Shown here: positions 1 through 13,624 of the stretch, in pieces | Layout of the letters: every line of letters starts with the position of its first letter | Position numbering within the stretch: position 1 is the stretch's first letter | Assembly: GCA_965113315.1 (NCBI GenBank) | Contig: OZ220364.1 | Direction: 5' to 3' (one strand) | DNA from: Podarcis vaucheri | Taxonomy: Eukaryota | DNA: 64,000 bases | Made by a program: the position numbers and the translations under genes | Notes under the pieces: model-generated | What the model was told of the DNA's origin: nothing | Seen by the model: only the letters and a program-made list of their open reading frames with translations | Databases searched by the model: none

Positions 1-1364
1 AGTGCTTTGGAGAAGAATTGGAAGTAGAATGAAGTATGTGACCTTTAAAAAAGGGTACATCCTAGTCTTGGTCTAGCATACCTGAAAAGATGAGCCTATG
101 CATCCTTTGATATGGGGTGGACTACTCCCAATTCTCTTATGCAAAGGTAGTGAAGTAAGCCTTATCTTTCAGAGCGCACTATCTGTAGGGATCTGTCCTT
201 CCCTTTAGAATGAATTGCAAAGCTTTTCTGCTTTTAAAAGTGCTCAGAGACTGATTATCTTATAGCAAGCCTCACGCCTCCCCTCTCATTGACACTCACA
301 CAGATACCCACTCCCCACCCCCCATAGCAGTTACTTCATTTCTAATGGTCATTTGCCATCAAGAAAATCCTTGGTCTACTTGAATAGGTGAACAGATGTT
401 CCATGTAGATGCCAGAGAACCAAGAAACATCACTGTTGCCACCTTCCCAAGGATATGTGAAGTGCCAGAATTTAAATTTCTGAAAGCTATCCAAAGGAAA
501 AGTTTTCAACACTTCCTCCCGCCCCTGAGATACTTTGCAACTTTGCAATTTAGTTTTGAATGTAAACAGGTGATTCAATTCCACAGTTCCTGACAGAATG
601 TTTGTTTTCAACAAAACTTACTTTCTGGGCCAGCTAGAATTTGGAATGGTCCCAATGGCTTGCATTTACCTCTCCCAGAAATACACATTTTCTCCTCTGA
701 AATGCAAATTTTCTCACTTTAAAAGAACACTTCTGTCTCCTACATTCTACGGAAAAAATAAATAAAGATAGAGAAAAGTCTCGTATCCAGAGAAATAAAC
801 ATGAACAGAATTATTAATCACCTCCTCTTAGGAACTCTTCATTTCTTGTCAGAAGTAAACATACAATTGTCCTATTGCAAAGAGTCCCCCATCCCCCACA
901 TCCCAACCTGACTCCCTCCCTCCCCCAGGACAGATCAGTCTATTAAGTTTCACCAAAGTCCATGATTATATTATTTCTGTAACTTAGAAAAAGAACCACT
1001 AGTAGTAAATATACCACACTAACCATTGGGGAAGTGTGACTAGTTTCACACCAAAATTCCCACTGGAGCTGCTAGATTTCAAGTCAGGTTATATTTAGCA
1101 ACATACCATTGTTATGTGACATTCTGTCAAGTGATCAAAGCTCTGTCAAACAATTACTGTGCAGAAGATAAAAGATGCTGGAGAAAATGTTATTTTTGTG
1201 ATAGCATTTTGCCTGCAGTCTTGCTTCAATTTAAGCACCTCTGCTCTTCAAACTACAGGCACAAAGAGGTAGCCAGTTCCACCAATTAAAGGCAAAAACT
1301 CATTCCACACAAGCCAAACCTGACAGCATACACTGTGCACCCAGTTGTGTTAAAAAAGACACTG

Positions 1365-1900
1365 AGTAGACATATATGTTAAAACATTTTAGTCTGCTTT
1401 TCCACCAAAGGCTTTCATGTCAACATAAAAGACAAAAGTAATTAAAAAATGCAACAATATTCATCAATATACATAAAAAGAACTTAACATAAATCTGCAG
1501 CAACATGGCACCAGAATAGCAAACTATAGAGAAAATAAAAATGACTCCAATCCAAAGGACTGATTAAACAAAGCAGATTTAACTGAATATCTGAACACCT
1601 GTAAAGTGGGGGACCCTGGGACAGTTAGGCACCACTACCAAAAAGATCCTGCCCCACTACATCGACAAGTGGAGGTGGGACACCTTTGCTGCAGATCTCA
1701 ACTGATGGGCAGGTTCACGTGGCAGAAGCCTGACATTTAAATATCCTGATCCCAAACTATGCAGAGCTTTGAAGATAATGATCAGCCCTTTGCAGGGCTC
1801 CTGGTTCATTTCCTAACACAATTCAAATTAATGGAGTTGATTGAACCATTGAACCATGCCATGAACTTCTGAGAGCAATCTCGTTGCAGGGTTATTTATA
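1365..1900 (-). mobile_element. Decayed L2-clade LINE 3' region
   Basis: A-rich block followed by L2-like C-terminal coding remnants; weak. Confidence 0.4.
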
Positions 1901-2259
1901 TACCAGTTGCATTTTCTAGACACATTTTCAGAAGACCAAATTACAAGAAATAAGCAAACCTAGTTCTTTGGAAAGTATGAGAGTTGTAACTCAGTAGGGA
2001 CTCGGGATCCCTAACAGCACCTCTTCCAACTACGATTTGCATGATTCCCCACCCCTGGGGGTTGGAGGATGAGACATCAAGTGTATAGAAGGCAGGGTAA
2101 AAATGATAAATACTGTAAATAAAGAGCCAGTGTAGTGTAATGGTTAAGAGTATTGGACTGTGATCAGGGAAAGCAGGGTTTGAATCCCTTGTGCTAGGTA
2201 GGACAACCAACCCCCCTTGTCCAGTACAGCCCCCCATGCCCCCCCTCCGATACTCCTTA

Positions 2260-2937
2260 GTATGGAAGGGGGATAAGTTCAATTCAGTTCAACTCGGTTC
2301 ACATTTAAAAGTGAACTTCCCTGATTTGCAGTTTCCAAAATGATATGCAAGCCAAAACACAGTCTTCCTTTGGAAATCTCACTTTTCTGAATGTTGAAGT
2401 ACAGTTCTGCAGTCCAGTATTCCATACAAAAAGTGCATCTTCTAGTGTAAAGTGTGCATGTTAATGCATATACAGTGGTACCTCAGGTTAAGTACTTAAT
2501 TCGTTCCGGAGGTCCATACTTAACCTGAAACTGTTCTTAACCTAAAGCACCACTTTAGCTAATGGGGCCTCCTGCTGCGCCGCCGGAGCATGATTTCTGT
2601 TCTCATCCTGAAGCAAAGTTCTTAACCTGAGGTACTATTTCTGGGTTAGTGGAGTCTGTAACCTGAAGCATATGTAACCCGAGGTACCACTGTAACAGTA
2701 AAAAATAACATACAAAAATGCAGTCTGTTGAGGGAAGTTGCCTTGCAATGGCAACACTGCGTATAAGAATGTGTATATTAATAAAAATTTGAACTAAAAT
2801 ACTGTTGTGATGAATTTTTCATGAGGACTTAAAAACACACACCAAACAAACTGGTGTAGGAGTGTAGAGAACGGAACTGAATAGTGGAATAAATAAGAAA
2901 GGGAAAGAAGCTGAAATTGGCATATTCACCCATCACT
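2260..2937. mobile_element. Old non-autonomous DNA element hosting the 2473-2692 MITE
   Basis: Ends resemble a common squamate MITE (aattcagttc...; ...gaaattggcatattcacccatcac); recalled only. Confidence 0.4.
2473..2692. mobile_element. Tc1/mariner (Tigger/pogo-like) MITE, family A
   Basis: TIR CAGTGGTACCTC(A/G)GGTTA at both ends, TA TSD; five related copies in the window. Confidence 0.88.
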
Positions 2938-3681
2938 GCTCCTGAGGGATGGTAACCATATGGAACAGTATATGATACGGTGCTGAGAGCTGCAGTAGAT
3001 GGGGGCAGGGAGAAATCAGCAAAAAGCTGGTGCCCGTTCCTTACACAAGTTGAAGTGCTTTCTGCTAACACAAAGCCACCATTGGCTACAATTCTATATA
3101 TTCCCCCATAAAATTCAGGTTTGTGCACTGAGGTTGCAAAACAACACTTGGAGATTTGTCACATATCATGTAAGTTGCTGGAAATGATTGTGTGGAAAGC
3201 AGCCTTGATAGAGGCACAGCAAGGAAGGGGGAAATGCAGGAGGAGAAGCAAACCAACATTTTGGAAGCAGTAAGAGATATGAGCTATAAGAAAAGCACTA
3301 ATAACCAAAGAGGAAAATAGTAAAGGGCACTGTGCAATGCAGAACACATTAGTTTTGATTTATTGTAATATTGCATTTTTAGATAATTGCAGCCGCCCTG
3401 CGGGCAGGTAATAAATCTAAGTAGCAGTAGTAGTGGCAATTGGTAACGACAGGGCAACTCTCCATTTCAGCACCAATCCTGCAAGGTAGGCGAACAGCCC
3501 TGAGGAACCCAGCCTAGTCCTTCCTCTCTGCTGCTGCCAACCACTCGCGTGTCCCTAGGGCAAGGGGAGAGGCAAGATTCCTACCTCACTATGGTGGTTT
3601 TCTTGAGAGTAGGGGAGCAGCCAGCTAAATTCCAGCTTCAGCTTGTCTGCTGTACCACATATTTTAACAATCTCTGCACTG

Positions 3682-3928
3682 GAGAGCCAGTGTGGTGTAG
3701 TGGTTAAGAGCGGTAGACTCGTAATCTGGTGAACTGGGTTCGATTCCCCGCTTCTCCACATGCAGCTGCTGGGTGACCTTGGGCCAGTCACACTTCTCTG
3801 AAGTCTCTCAGCCTCACTCATTTCACAGAGTGTTTGTTGTAGAGGAGGAAGGGAAAGAAGAACGTTAGCCGCTTTGAGACTCCTTAAGGTAGTGATAAAG
3901 CAGGATATCAAATCCAAACTCTTCTTCT
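3682..3928 (+). mobile_element. Squam3-like (MIR/Ther1-derived) tRNA SINE with (CTT)n tail
   Basis: Head gagagccagtgtggtgtagtggttaagagc, B-box gggttcgattcc, tail ctcttcttc; three copies in the window. Confidence 0.8.
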
Positions 3929-3964
3929 AAAAAAAACAAAACACAAAAACACAAAAACCAATCT

Positions 3965-4133
3965 GTGCACTGCTCTGGTTTCGCCAGAAGCGGCTTAGTC
4001 ATGCTGGCCACATGACCCTGAAAAACTGTCTGTGGACAAACGTCGGCTCCCTCGGCCAGTAAAGCGAGATCAGCGCCACAACCCTAGAGTCGTTTGCGAC
4101 TGGACCTAACTGTCAGGGGTCCTTTACTTTTAC
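3965..4133 (+). mobile_element. Sauria SINE 3' fragment
   Basis: Reverse complement of the 3' half of the 5666-6008 copy, ending cctttacttttac. Confidence 0.8.
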
Positions 4134-5425
4134 GTGCAGCAGCCCAAGCAGCCTAAACACGTGGGAGTTTAATTGGTGTGTGCAGAAACCAATACAGCCC
4201 AGAAATCCAATTAAGCAGTTCATTCCAAAAGGAGTCAATGCAAAAAAAAAAAAAAAAAAAAAAGGAAGGAGGAGAAATAGCAAGCATGCAGGTCAAAATG
4301 GAAATAAAACACTGTAATCAGGATATTGGTCTAACTAATCCTACACTTAATTCAGACTAACACAGAATAATTTACACTTATTGGTCAAGCTTCAGGCATC
4401 AGTTGAAGGTTGCGAGATTCAAGAGGAAGAATTCAGCACTATGGTGGAAAACCTTTGGCCCCGTTTCCTATATCTTCCAATAATTTTAAACATTGATTTT
4501 ATTGTGGACTTTCTGTGTTTTATAATAACTATTGTTGCAAACTGCTTTGAGAGTTCCTTGGGGCTACATAAACTGGGATGTAAATTTTAATTAAATTAGA
4601 CATTCAGTGTATATCTTAACACCACAGACTTAAACTGCTTTCAAAGCCATTTCCTCTCATCAGGGAATCCTGGCATATGTATTTGCTGTGACAGGAGTTC
4701 GGGATCTTTGACAGGATTTTCAACACCCCTTTTCAAACCAAAATTCTGAGGAAGCCATGACAGGATTAAAATGGATTAAAAAAATTATAGTGTGGTTAGG
4801 CTCTCAGAATGACCGTAAAGCTATTCTTAACCTTTAATTTAATTTGTGAATGCAAATAAATAACCATGTTATTAGAGGCGGGAATATAGTAAGGAAATGA
4901 TACAGAGAAGAGCATCTGTTTAATCAATCATATGTAATTCATTCAAAGTGTATGTTTATAAAGACAAGGCTGAATATCTGTATCGTATCCTATACACGCT
5001 CAGTTGACGATAATCTCCACTGAACTCAATGGGATGTGTTGCTGAGCAGATGTGAATAGGATCATGCAGTTAGATATTCAGGTAATCTGATGCATCTCTC
5101 AGTTCAAGCGTTATGCTGAAAACAATTCTCTAAATAATATATCTGCTTTGTTGGCACCTAATGCTGAACCCTAGCGAGAATGCACAAGTGTGCAGGTATC
5201 CAGAAGGAAAATTGCAGACTCTTTGCTTCTCCTTCAGTTCTGCTGCCACTGTGCTACCTTGGAGCTAAACTATGGTTTGACTGAGCATTACAGATGAACC
5301 TCGGCTCATGGTTTGTTCCTCCCCAAACTATGAGCAGTAACTTGCTCCCAGACTAAGGATGTGACTTTTAGTTTAGCTTGGCAATTGTATTTGTTTAGTT
5401 TCTACTTTGCACCTAAACTGCAATA

Positions 5426-5576
5426 GCCTGAGGATAGGTCAGCTGGATACAGCGTGGTGCCAATAACACCAAGGTTGCAGGTTCGATCCTCATATGGGAC
5501 AGCTGCCTATTCCTGCATTGCAGGGGGTTAGACCGGATGATTCTCAGGGTCCTTTCCAACTCTGTAATTCTATGAC
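5426..5576 (+). mobile_element. Short SINE with tRNA-Ile(AAT)-like head and CR1-type 3' tail
   Basis: agcgtggtgccaataacaccaaggttgcaggttcgatcc resembles tRNA-Ile; the tail cagggggttagac...ttccaactctgtaattctatga resembles the CR1 3' end. Confidence 0.65.
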
Positions 5577-5665
5577 TGAGCTAATGACGGCTGCAAATAT
5601 CTATCTTGCCTGTTCTCTCTAAGCCGTAGTTCAGCTTAGGGTTAAACTGGGCCAAGGTCTATTTA

Positions 5666-6008
5666 AAGGTAAAGGTAAAGGTACCCCTGACCATTAGGTC
5701 CAGTCACGGACGACTCTGGGGTTGCGGCACTCATCTCGCTTTATTGGCTGAGGGAGCAGGCGTACAGCTTCCGGGTCATGTGGCCAGCATGACTAAGCCG
5801 CTTCTGGCAAACCAGAGCAGTGCACGGAAACACCGTTTTCCTTCCCTATTTATCTACTTGCACTTTGATGTGCTTTCAAACTGCTAGGTTGGCAGGAGCA
5901 GGGATCGAGCAACAGGAGCTAACGCCGTCGCAGGGATTCAAACCACCGACCTTCTGATCGGCAAGTCCTAGGCTCAGTGGTTTAGCCCACAGTGCCACCC
6001 GCGTCCCC
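5666..6008 (-). mobile_element. Sauria SINE, near full length
   Basis: tRNA-like head GGGACGCGGGTGGC, (ACCTTT)n tail, TSD aaggtctattta (5654-5665 / 6011-6022). Confidence 0.9.
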
Positions 6009-6229
6009 TTAAGGTCTATTTAGGTCTTGTTTAAATATGCTAAATGTATCAATCAAGCATCTTAACAGATTTGTCAGATAAAATACTGATCATAGATGCC
6101 CATCTCTCTTTATCTGTGCACAGGCCTACATAATACCAAACAAAATGTCCCTGCTTTATCAAGAAACTGGCATAAATTCAGAAAGGTTATTGCACTTCTC
6201 TATGTTTGTGCACAAATAAGTAGTTGTCT

Positions 6230-6390
6230 GGTATTGAGTCAGCTCCACCTAGCTCAAGTGTTGCCTGACTGACAGTGGATCTTCAGGATTTCAGGTAGGG
6301 TTTTCTCCAAGCCCTACCTGGAGATGGGAGGGATTGATTCTGGGACCATCTTCATTCAAAGCAGGCTCTCCACCACTGAGCTATGGCTCT
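6230..6390 (-). mobile_element. Old tRNA-derived SINE fragment
   Basis: Minus strand begins gagccatagctcagtggtggagagcctgc (A-box-like); a related decayed copy lies near 17745-17870. Confidence 0.5.
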
Positions 6391-6987
6391 TTCAATGATA
6401 ATGCCATTTAAGATGCTCAGGAGAGTGATAAGCTATGCAGAGCAGCTTGTGCACGTAGAATATATTATACGGAAGTGGCCAGATTTTCCTCTTGCACAAG
6501 CTGTTTATACAGTGAAAATAGCTGCCATGCCTGTGGAGCAGCTTCTCTTGATCATATACTTCTTGGTTCCCTATGGCTCAGTAGTATGCTACAACTTCAG
6601 GTGACGCGTCCTAGTGGGACTGTATTAAATTTAGTGGCAACTTCCTCCGAGTGCAATAATGTCACAGCTGCTAACGCTCTCATTCTTTGGAATCCTTTCA
6701 AACGTTACCGCAAACTTATTTTACATAAGGGGTACCTTTCCAACAGGAAAATCAAACAAACTAACTGGAACTAGGGAAGTGCATGTTTACATTTCCACAC
6801 AGCCGTTGTGCTGTTTGTGTTAGGGTAGGCATGCCCTTGTCAGGAAAGGGCTGCCCAGGGACCTTAGGACCTGGAGTTTGTGACTACATTTTCATATGAG
6901 GAGTTTAAGGAAGAGGATGGGAATACAGGGAAGAAAATAAGGACAGCTTTGTGCCTATAAATAGAGGAGCTAAATCAGTGTTTCTCA

Positions 6988-7187
6988 NNNNNNNNNNNNN
7001 NNNNNNNNNNNNNNNNNNNNNNNNNNNNNNNNNNNNNNNNNNNNNNNNNNNNNNNNNNNNNNNNNNNNNNNNNNNNNNNNNNNNNNNNNNNNNNNNNNNN
7101 NNNNNNNNNNNNNNNNNNNNNNNNNNNNNNNNNNNNNNNNNNNNNNNNNNNNNNNNNNNNNNNNNNNNNNNNNNNNNNNNNNNNNNN
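6988..7187. other. Assembly gap (200 N)
   Basis: Run of N. Confidence 1.
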
Positions 7188-9774
7188 CTTGAACAAAATG
7201 CTGGACTCAACAGATGTAATTGCTGGTAGGCTTGTTTAGAATAATCAGTAATTCAGTAAAGGTTCCCATGGTAACAACTTCCACTAAGACATAGCTAAGC
7301 ACCATGTCAATTAATCTTAAACAGCTTCAGACAAGCAAGGAAGACACATTATTCTTTTGTCCTTTACTGTGACTGTATTTCAAGGATGCCAACAATGTAT
7401 GCTCAAGACTTTCCATTCTCCTACAACCACACTTAATACTATTTGCATGAAATGTGCACAAATGTTTTGCCAGACCAATGACAACTCTAGAAACGATTTA
7501 GGTAGCCCATTCATCTTGTATGGACTGTGAAAAGCCCATTTTGAGAACAAGAGTGTATAAAAGAAGGCAGCCTGATAGTTATTGTGGTGGGCGGTCCCTG
7601 TATAACTATGCTGCAGTGTTGCTGAAACCATAGAACTTTAGCTTTCATATTTAGGAATACTTAAATCCTTGCTTTATAGTCCTGCAGGCTGTTGAAAATG
7701 ACTTGCAAAATATTCTCAGAATAAGATCTTACACAAACCTAGTACAAGAGCATAAATTATATAGTGTCCATTCAGAACCAGGGTTATTCAGGCATTTCCT
7801 GTCATTGTCCTTCCCTGATGTCATATCAGGTAGCAACTCCCATCAAAACAATCTGAAGCAAGGAAGTGGGGCTGAGCATCTGGTTCTCACTCAGCCCATG
7901 ATGGAAGCTGTCTTCCCTTGTTGGTGGGTTGCCACCCCATATTGGGACTGGTTACTCTTGTTGGGTGAGGCACATACAAGAGTGTGTTAAAAAAAGAAAA
8001 AAATCTGTGGAGTGACGCACTGCCAAATCAGAGCTAAGTCTGCTATGTCACCCCTGCTCTTTACCAATAGTATTCCAATTTCTAATATTTAGAGTGCTTA
8101 GAGTGTTGGATTAGGAGTGGGAGAGAGAGAACAATGCACACCATCTTCAGTTTGAGGGCAGTAGAATATAAATGTAAGGAACAAAGCATACATTTCGTTT
8201 TCCTTGTTGTATGCATCCTTCAGAAAAACAAAAAGCCAGGTCTTGGGGTTCCTCACGAACATTTAAGTTACAGATACTTTTCTGTGTTAGGGGAGGTCAA
8301 GCTCTATATAAGTGAGCTAAAATTAAATGCGTATGATGCTTTTAAAGGTTTCAAAGCACTTCACATATGTCATCAGTAATAACTTAGAACAATAATGCTG
8401 TGAGGTTGGCCATTCTCATGATCCCTTTGCAGATAGAGGACTGATGTTATGAGGCAGTGGTTTGCTTCAGTCTACCTAGCAAGTTTATGTTTGACATGAG
8501 CTTTGAACTGAGGACTTCCTGGCTTATTGTAGTTGATGCACTTAGCTGCTACAGTAAACCAGCTCTCACATTTTTCATAGAATGAAAACATGCCTTTCAC
8601 ATTACAAAAGAATAAAATTTCTCCTTTCATGGCTGTGGCTCTCTGCTCAACCTACAGCACGGGTCCCCAAGGACTTTTTGAGCACAGCGCTTCACTCGGA
8701 AAATATGCTGAAGGTTTGAAGGTATTCTTTTGAATCATGTCATGTCTCAGGGCCATCTTCGATTAAATGGCTGCTGTCCAGCACGACAAGCAAAAAGCTA
8801 TTTCAGAGGAGATGTCTTCAGGTACTGCTACTATTTTAGTGTGATACGGCTCAGCATTCTGTGTTTTCCTGCTACACAGCATTCTTTGTCATGGTTCCCT
8901 CCTGCCTGGTGCAGATAGCTAATAAGATGCACACAGCTTCACTATATTTTACAACAGTCTCCCTGTTTCCTTAGTTGTTTCTAAGGTTGGGGCTTAGGGA
9001 GAAAATCGGAACAGACTGAGCCACATTCAGGACCAGGTCAACATACATATCATTATATCAAATTTCATTAAAAGATCAGCTCTTTTGCCATTTTCCCTGG
9101 GATGGGTATGACATTAGAAAGCATTCAGTAAGACTCTACTCATCTAGATAAGTAGCAACTCATCTGTTTGACTGTTTATGCAGCAATCTCCCCCCTTCTC
9201 TCTCTCTCCTGGTACAGCATTCTTAAATTGTCTCAATAAGAAAATGGCGTGAAATAATTTTGTACCCCTAAGAAGAACAATTATAATCCTATAAAAGCGG
9301 GGGGGGGGGAGTTCTTGCCACATAGTTAAGTCACTTATCATACAAGGAATTGTGGGAGAATTACTGTTTCCCTTTTCTGGACTTAAGGCTGCAATTCCAA
9401 ACACACTCACCTGTGAGATGTTGTTGTTTTGGAGGCAGTAGCTAGGTACTTTCTCCAGACTGCAAGGCATTTACTTACCTCCTCTATCCACCCTTTTGAA
9501 AGATGAGGATTGCCAAGAGCAGGTGCAGCTATCCAGAGATGAAGACAAGCCAGGAGTGCATTGTCTGTGCGTTGTCAGAACAGCAATTATTATCTTCTTT
9601 TCTTCTTTGTCAGGAGGAGCAGCTAGGCACTCCCTCAGGGAATTGCTTTGTTGTTCTGCAACACCCCCGACCCCTTCACTCACCCACCTGTCCACCACAT
9701 TTTCCTTGACATCTGTTCTCCAAAGTTTCCCCTCTACCTCCGTCTGATAACAGTCAGATCCCATTGACCAGAGG

Positions 9775-12035
9775 CTGTTACGGCATTTACATTTTATTAA
9801 CCATTTATTTCATTAATTGTTTTACTCTCACAGTACAATCTTGTGGTGGTTTATTATTAAATGTATATATACTTTTTTCCTTTAAATTTTGCTTTTGGAA
9901 AATAAATAAAGAGATAAGTGAACTATATAGGTAGATTACTTTCTGGAGCCTTGGTTAAACTTCATGATTGGATCTCCACATCAGACCTGTGAAAAAACAC
10001 AGCTCCCTCCCCCCCCCACCCCAATTTGGATGGAAGCTGACAGATTAAAACAGAAAAAGACCACCACAACCATAGTCCGGGCTGTGCAAACTGAGGGGGG
10101 AAGCACAAGGGATCTTGTTCTTGAAACAAAATATATAGGATATACATTACAAAAAATAATCGTCATCATCATATTCTCATTTGCTTTTAATCGCGTAGGT
10201 TAAGTCAGTTATACATGGATTTCAGACTCTGGCTTGATGCTTGTTAGCAAAATCCATCAACTATCTGCCCTTCCCTGAGTTCACTGCCACTTACAGAGGG
10301 ACAGGCATGACAATGGGGCCAAGGCTGTGGCATCTCAGCACAACTGACACTGGGGATCAGCAAACTAATGTGTCAAGTCACCTCTTGGGTTTATTCCCAT
10401 CATTTAATTTTGGCAGCTTTCAGTATAGGTTTCTAGCTATATGAGCAATCCTCCCTTGGCCTCTGCCTAGTATCTTACATGGTGGCTCTCAGCCTAGAAG
10501 GTGGGGAAGAAGGGGGAAAAAAACATATAGCAGGCTTCATAGTGAGAGCCAGGAGATGGATTTTGCAAGCAAGGAAAAGCTGACATCCACAATGCAAGAT
10601 GAATTGGATGCTATCTCTATTCTTAATGCTATCACAAGCGACAAAATTATTGGCAAGACGACAGAATTCCATGCCTCTCCACAGCTTTGTAGACAACTGA
10701 TTTTGGAGTCAGTGCCAATAGCTGCACAATGCTGGCACAACATAATGCAAAGGGGCCTTCTTGTCTTTGTGTCCCTATTCAGGCAGCCATTTAACTGGGA
10801 TTCTCTTCTCCTGGACACTGAAGAGACCGAAGTCTTTATTGTATGGGAGATGGGTGGCATGTGAGATGGAACCAGCATTCTCTAGAGAGCAGGAACATCA
10901 GTAGTTCTCTTGCAGGCAGCACACCATGCATGCAATCACAGGGTGCCAGGTATACATATAGCTTCCCCCGTGTTCAGTCTAGGGGGCAAGTGCCTGAAGT
11001 GGGGGGGGAGGGGTGAATGGGAGGAGGGACCCTCTGCACAGGCCTGTTCTGTATGTGTGCTGCAAAATCTGCATCCATTACCAAGCTGAATAATAGCACT
11101 TCTTGCAAAAGGAGAACAGGAGGGGGGGTAGGATTTAAGGCAGTGGTACAATGATAAGTGAACTCCTTGCTCTCTATGAGGAGGTAGCAGGCCATTTCTT
11201 GTGCTTATGGGGTTCTGCTGTGAGCAAAAGGAGTTATCGAGGATGGCTGGAGCAACTTATAGATTGAATGGACATCAGAGGGGAAGGTCTCCTGTCCTGT
11301 CACGCAGCTTCTCAAATGTGTCACTCCAATTTCCCCAACAGACACCCAGGAAGTGGGGGCAAGTTTCCTGCTTTCCCTTCCATAGTGGCAGCCAACTCTA
11401 TAGTATTTTCAGCAGCACTGAGAGACTCTCTCTTCCTTAGGGCTTTCCTTTCGTCTTTTACCAGTGGAACAGTAAATGCAAGAGAAGGTGGCCGGTGGCA
11501 TATAGAGTAGTAAGATACACACAGAACTATCCAAGACCGGCAGCCTGCTAGCATGCGACTGCCAGGGCCAGCACTTGGCACAAAATAGGTAGCAGCCACA
11601 GACGTTCTAGGTAGAGTATGTAGAACACTAGGTGAGTCCTGAATTAATTCCTGATTCAAAGGAAAACCCACCCCTGTTCTAGGAAGGAATCCTCCTCTTA
11701 GTTTGTAGGAGCCATAATGCCAAGCAACCAGAGAAACAGTCATGGGCAGTGGTGGTGAAACCCAGTGAGAATATATATACTCGTTTTCTGCTGCTCCTGA
11801 AGGTTCTGGCTCGGAAGAAAAGCAAGAGGCTGCTTCTCTCCCCTCCCGTCTGACTCAAAATCACCAGTAGCTAAATCAGGAGGGGAAAAAGTGTTCAAGT
11901 TACGGGGGGGTTGCACAGCAGCAGCAGCCAACACTAAACATTCAAGTCGATAGTTTCACTATGTACACCATGAGTGAGACACGGTCCCACCTGCCAGAAG
12001 ATGTCCTGCTCTTGACAGAGCAGCCACACACACTG
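9775..12035 (-). other. RPTOR: Probable RPTOR 3'UTR (~2.2 kb)
   Basis: Repeat-poor stretch after the stop codon ending in an AU-rich block with clustered AATAAA; the 3' end is inferred. Confidence 0.6.
9793..9855 (-). terminator. Cluster of three AATAAA polyadenylation signals (9793-9798, 9804-9809, 9850-9855)
   Basis: tttatt on the plus strand three times within 63 bp downstream of the RPTOR stop. Confidence 0.6.
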
Positions 12036-12104
12036 TTATCTGATTCGCTTCTCCACCGAGTACACAGAGATGTAGTAGTCATTGCTTCCAACTGCCAGGT
12101 GAGG
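12036..12104 (-). CDS. RPTOR: RPTOR last coding exon (~exon 34), PHLAVGSNDYYISVYSVEKRIR-stop
   Basis: 69 bp ending in TAA; ctttccacag acceptor; matches the Raptor C-terminus. Confidence 0.97.
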   Translation of the reverse strand, partial: PHLAVGSNDYYISVYSVEKRIR

Positions 12105-13494
12105 CTGTGGAAAGGAGAGGAGGAAATAGAATCAGTGCATACATAGCAGGGTTCTGCTGGTTTCGATTGGCTTTTGAAGCTAGTCAGAATTTATACTCGC
12201 CACCAGCCCTGCTCCTCACTCAAGAGGGAAAGGGTTGGAGTCGTTATTATTTATTTATTTATTTATTTATTTAATTTCTATAGCACCCTATACCCAAAGG
12301 TCTCAGGGCGGTTCACATAAAATATTGTGATGTCACACCAGGTTGTCTGCCTGCCTCTGAAGCCTAAGTACAGAGGCAAGCCCCTTCACCCTTTTTCTCA
12401 GCTTCAAGCTGGATATAATGGGCCAAAGCTCTTACCACTTGCTCTGAGCCCAGAGAGGTTCGGAAAGCAGCAAAACATTGACAGTTAAGGCACTAATCTG
12501 CTTTATTCTGCTTCTGTTAGGCAACATCTATGTTGCTTTTATTGATTTTAATTATTGCATTTTGTATTACGAAGTTGGATGGTTTTATTGAGTTGTGGCC
12601 ATAAAAGCTCTTACCTACCTCTGCTTCATCCTCTACAGTGACAGTCAACTTCCAGTAGTTTTTGTTATGCTGGAAATCCTTTCTCCACTAATTTCCCCTG
12701 TTTGTTTCCAGTGGATTGAAAATCCACCAATACAGTTGAGTTCCAACATATATGAGGGTACAGTTCCAAGGGTTGTGCAAACACACAAAAACTGTAAATA
12801 GGGAAAAAATGCATTTTCCTTGTCTGGCAAGGTGTGGAGAGTCCCATGGGAAGGTCTCCCCTGCGTGTGTGTCTCTGCTGCCCCCTTCCTCCAGGTGCGA
12901 ATGGCCATTGCAAGAGAGGAAGAGTGGGGCAGGCAGAGAGAGATGCAGGCAGAAGAAAAAGGCTCTAATGGATCTGGAATGGAGCTGCAGCCAAGTGTGT
13001 AAAGTTGAATTTGTGAAAGTAAAATGCACATATGATGTGACTTCACTGCATACCTAGTTGCAACTTCGTATCTACTTTGCACTATTCATCAGGCATCTCT
13101 TCCTTTGATCACCTGGAGCAGAAGCATTTGTTTGGCCATGGTCAGAAACAGGATCATGGACTAGATGGATCCATGGCTTGACCAAGTGAACTTGTAACTT
13201 GACAGCTACTAGAAAATAGTAGATTCTGGGAACCTTGTCTAAGCAAATAAAAGAACCCTACTAGAACTTGCATGTAATCTGAAATAAATAAATGCTCCCC
13301 AACCAACCAACCCCCCCCCCCCAAATGAGCTAGTTCAATGAATTTTCTCACTGAATTTGAGTTTCCGGAATTTGGAAATATTGTGTGTATCCCCCTCTCA
13401 ACAGCTTCACTAAGTCCTCTTCTTATATAATAGCTATTCAGAACAAGTTTAGGGTAACAGTTGCGATGTTCTACAGTTTAGAAACGAGACTGAC

Positions 13495-13624
13495 CCAGTG
13501 TGGATGGAAGGCTAGGCAGCTGATGGCACCCACTCGCTGGCCCATGAATCCATCGTAGTACTTGATATTGTTGATCAGCTCTCCATTCCCATTGTAGATT
13601 GCAGTAAATTGATTCATAGAGCCA
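13495..13624 (-). CDS. RPTOR: RPTOR coding exon (~exon 33), (C)GSMNQFTAIYNGNGELINNIKYYDGFMGQRVGAISCLAFHPHW
   Basis: 130 bp; ctctgcag acceptor, gtcagt donor. Confidence 0.97.

Noticed and set aside
5426-5500. Functional tRNA-Ile gene
   Set aside because: Stems are degenerate, there is no oligo-T terminator, and it is fused to a LINE tail
6905-7229. ORFs spanning the N run
   Set aside because: Artefacts of the gap
1-9700. First exons of the downstream neighbour (CHMP6 in human)
   Set aside because: No MGNLFGRKK-like coding sequence or CpG island seen
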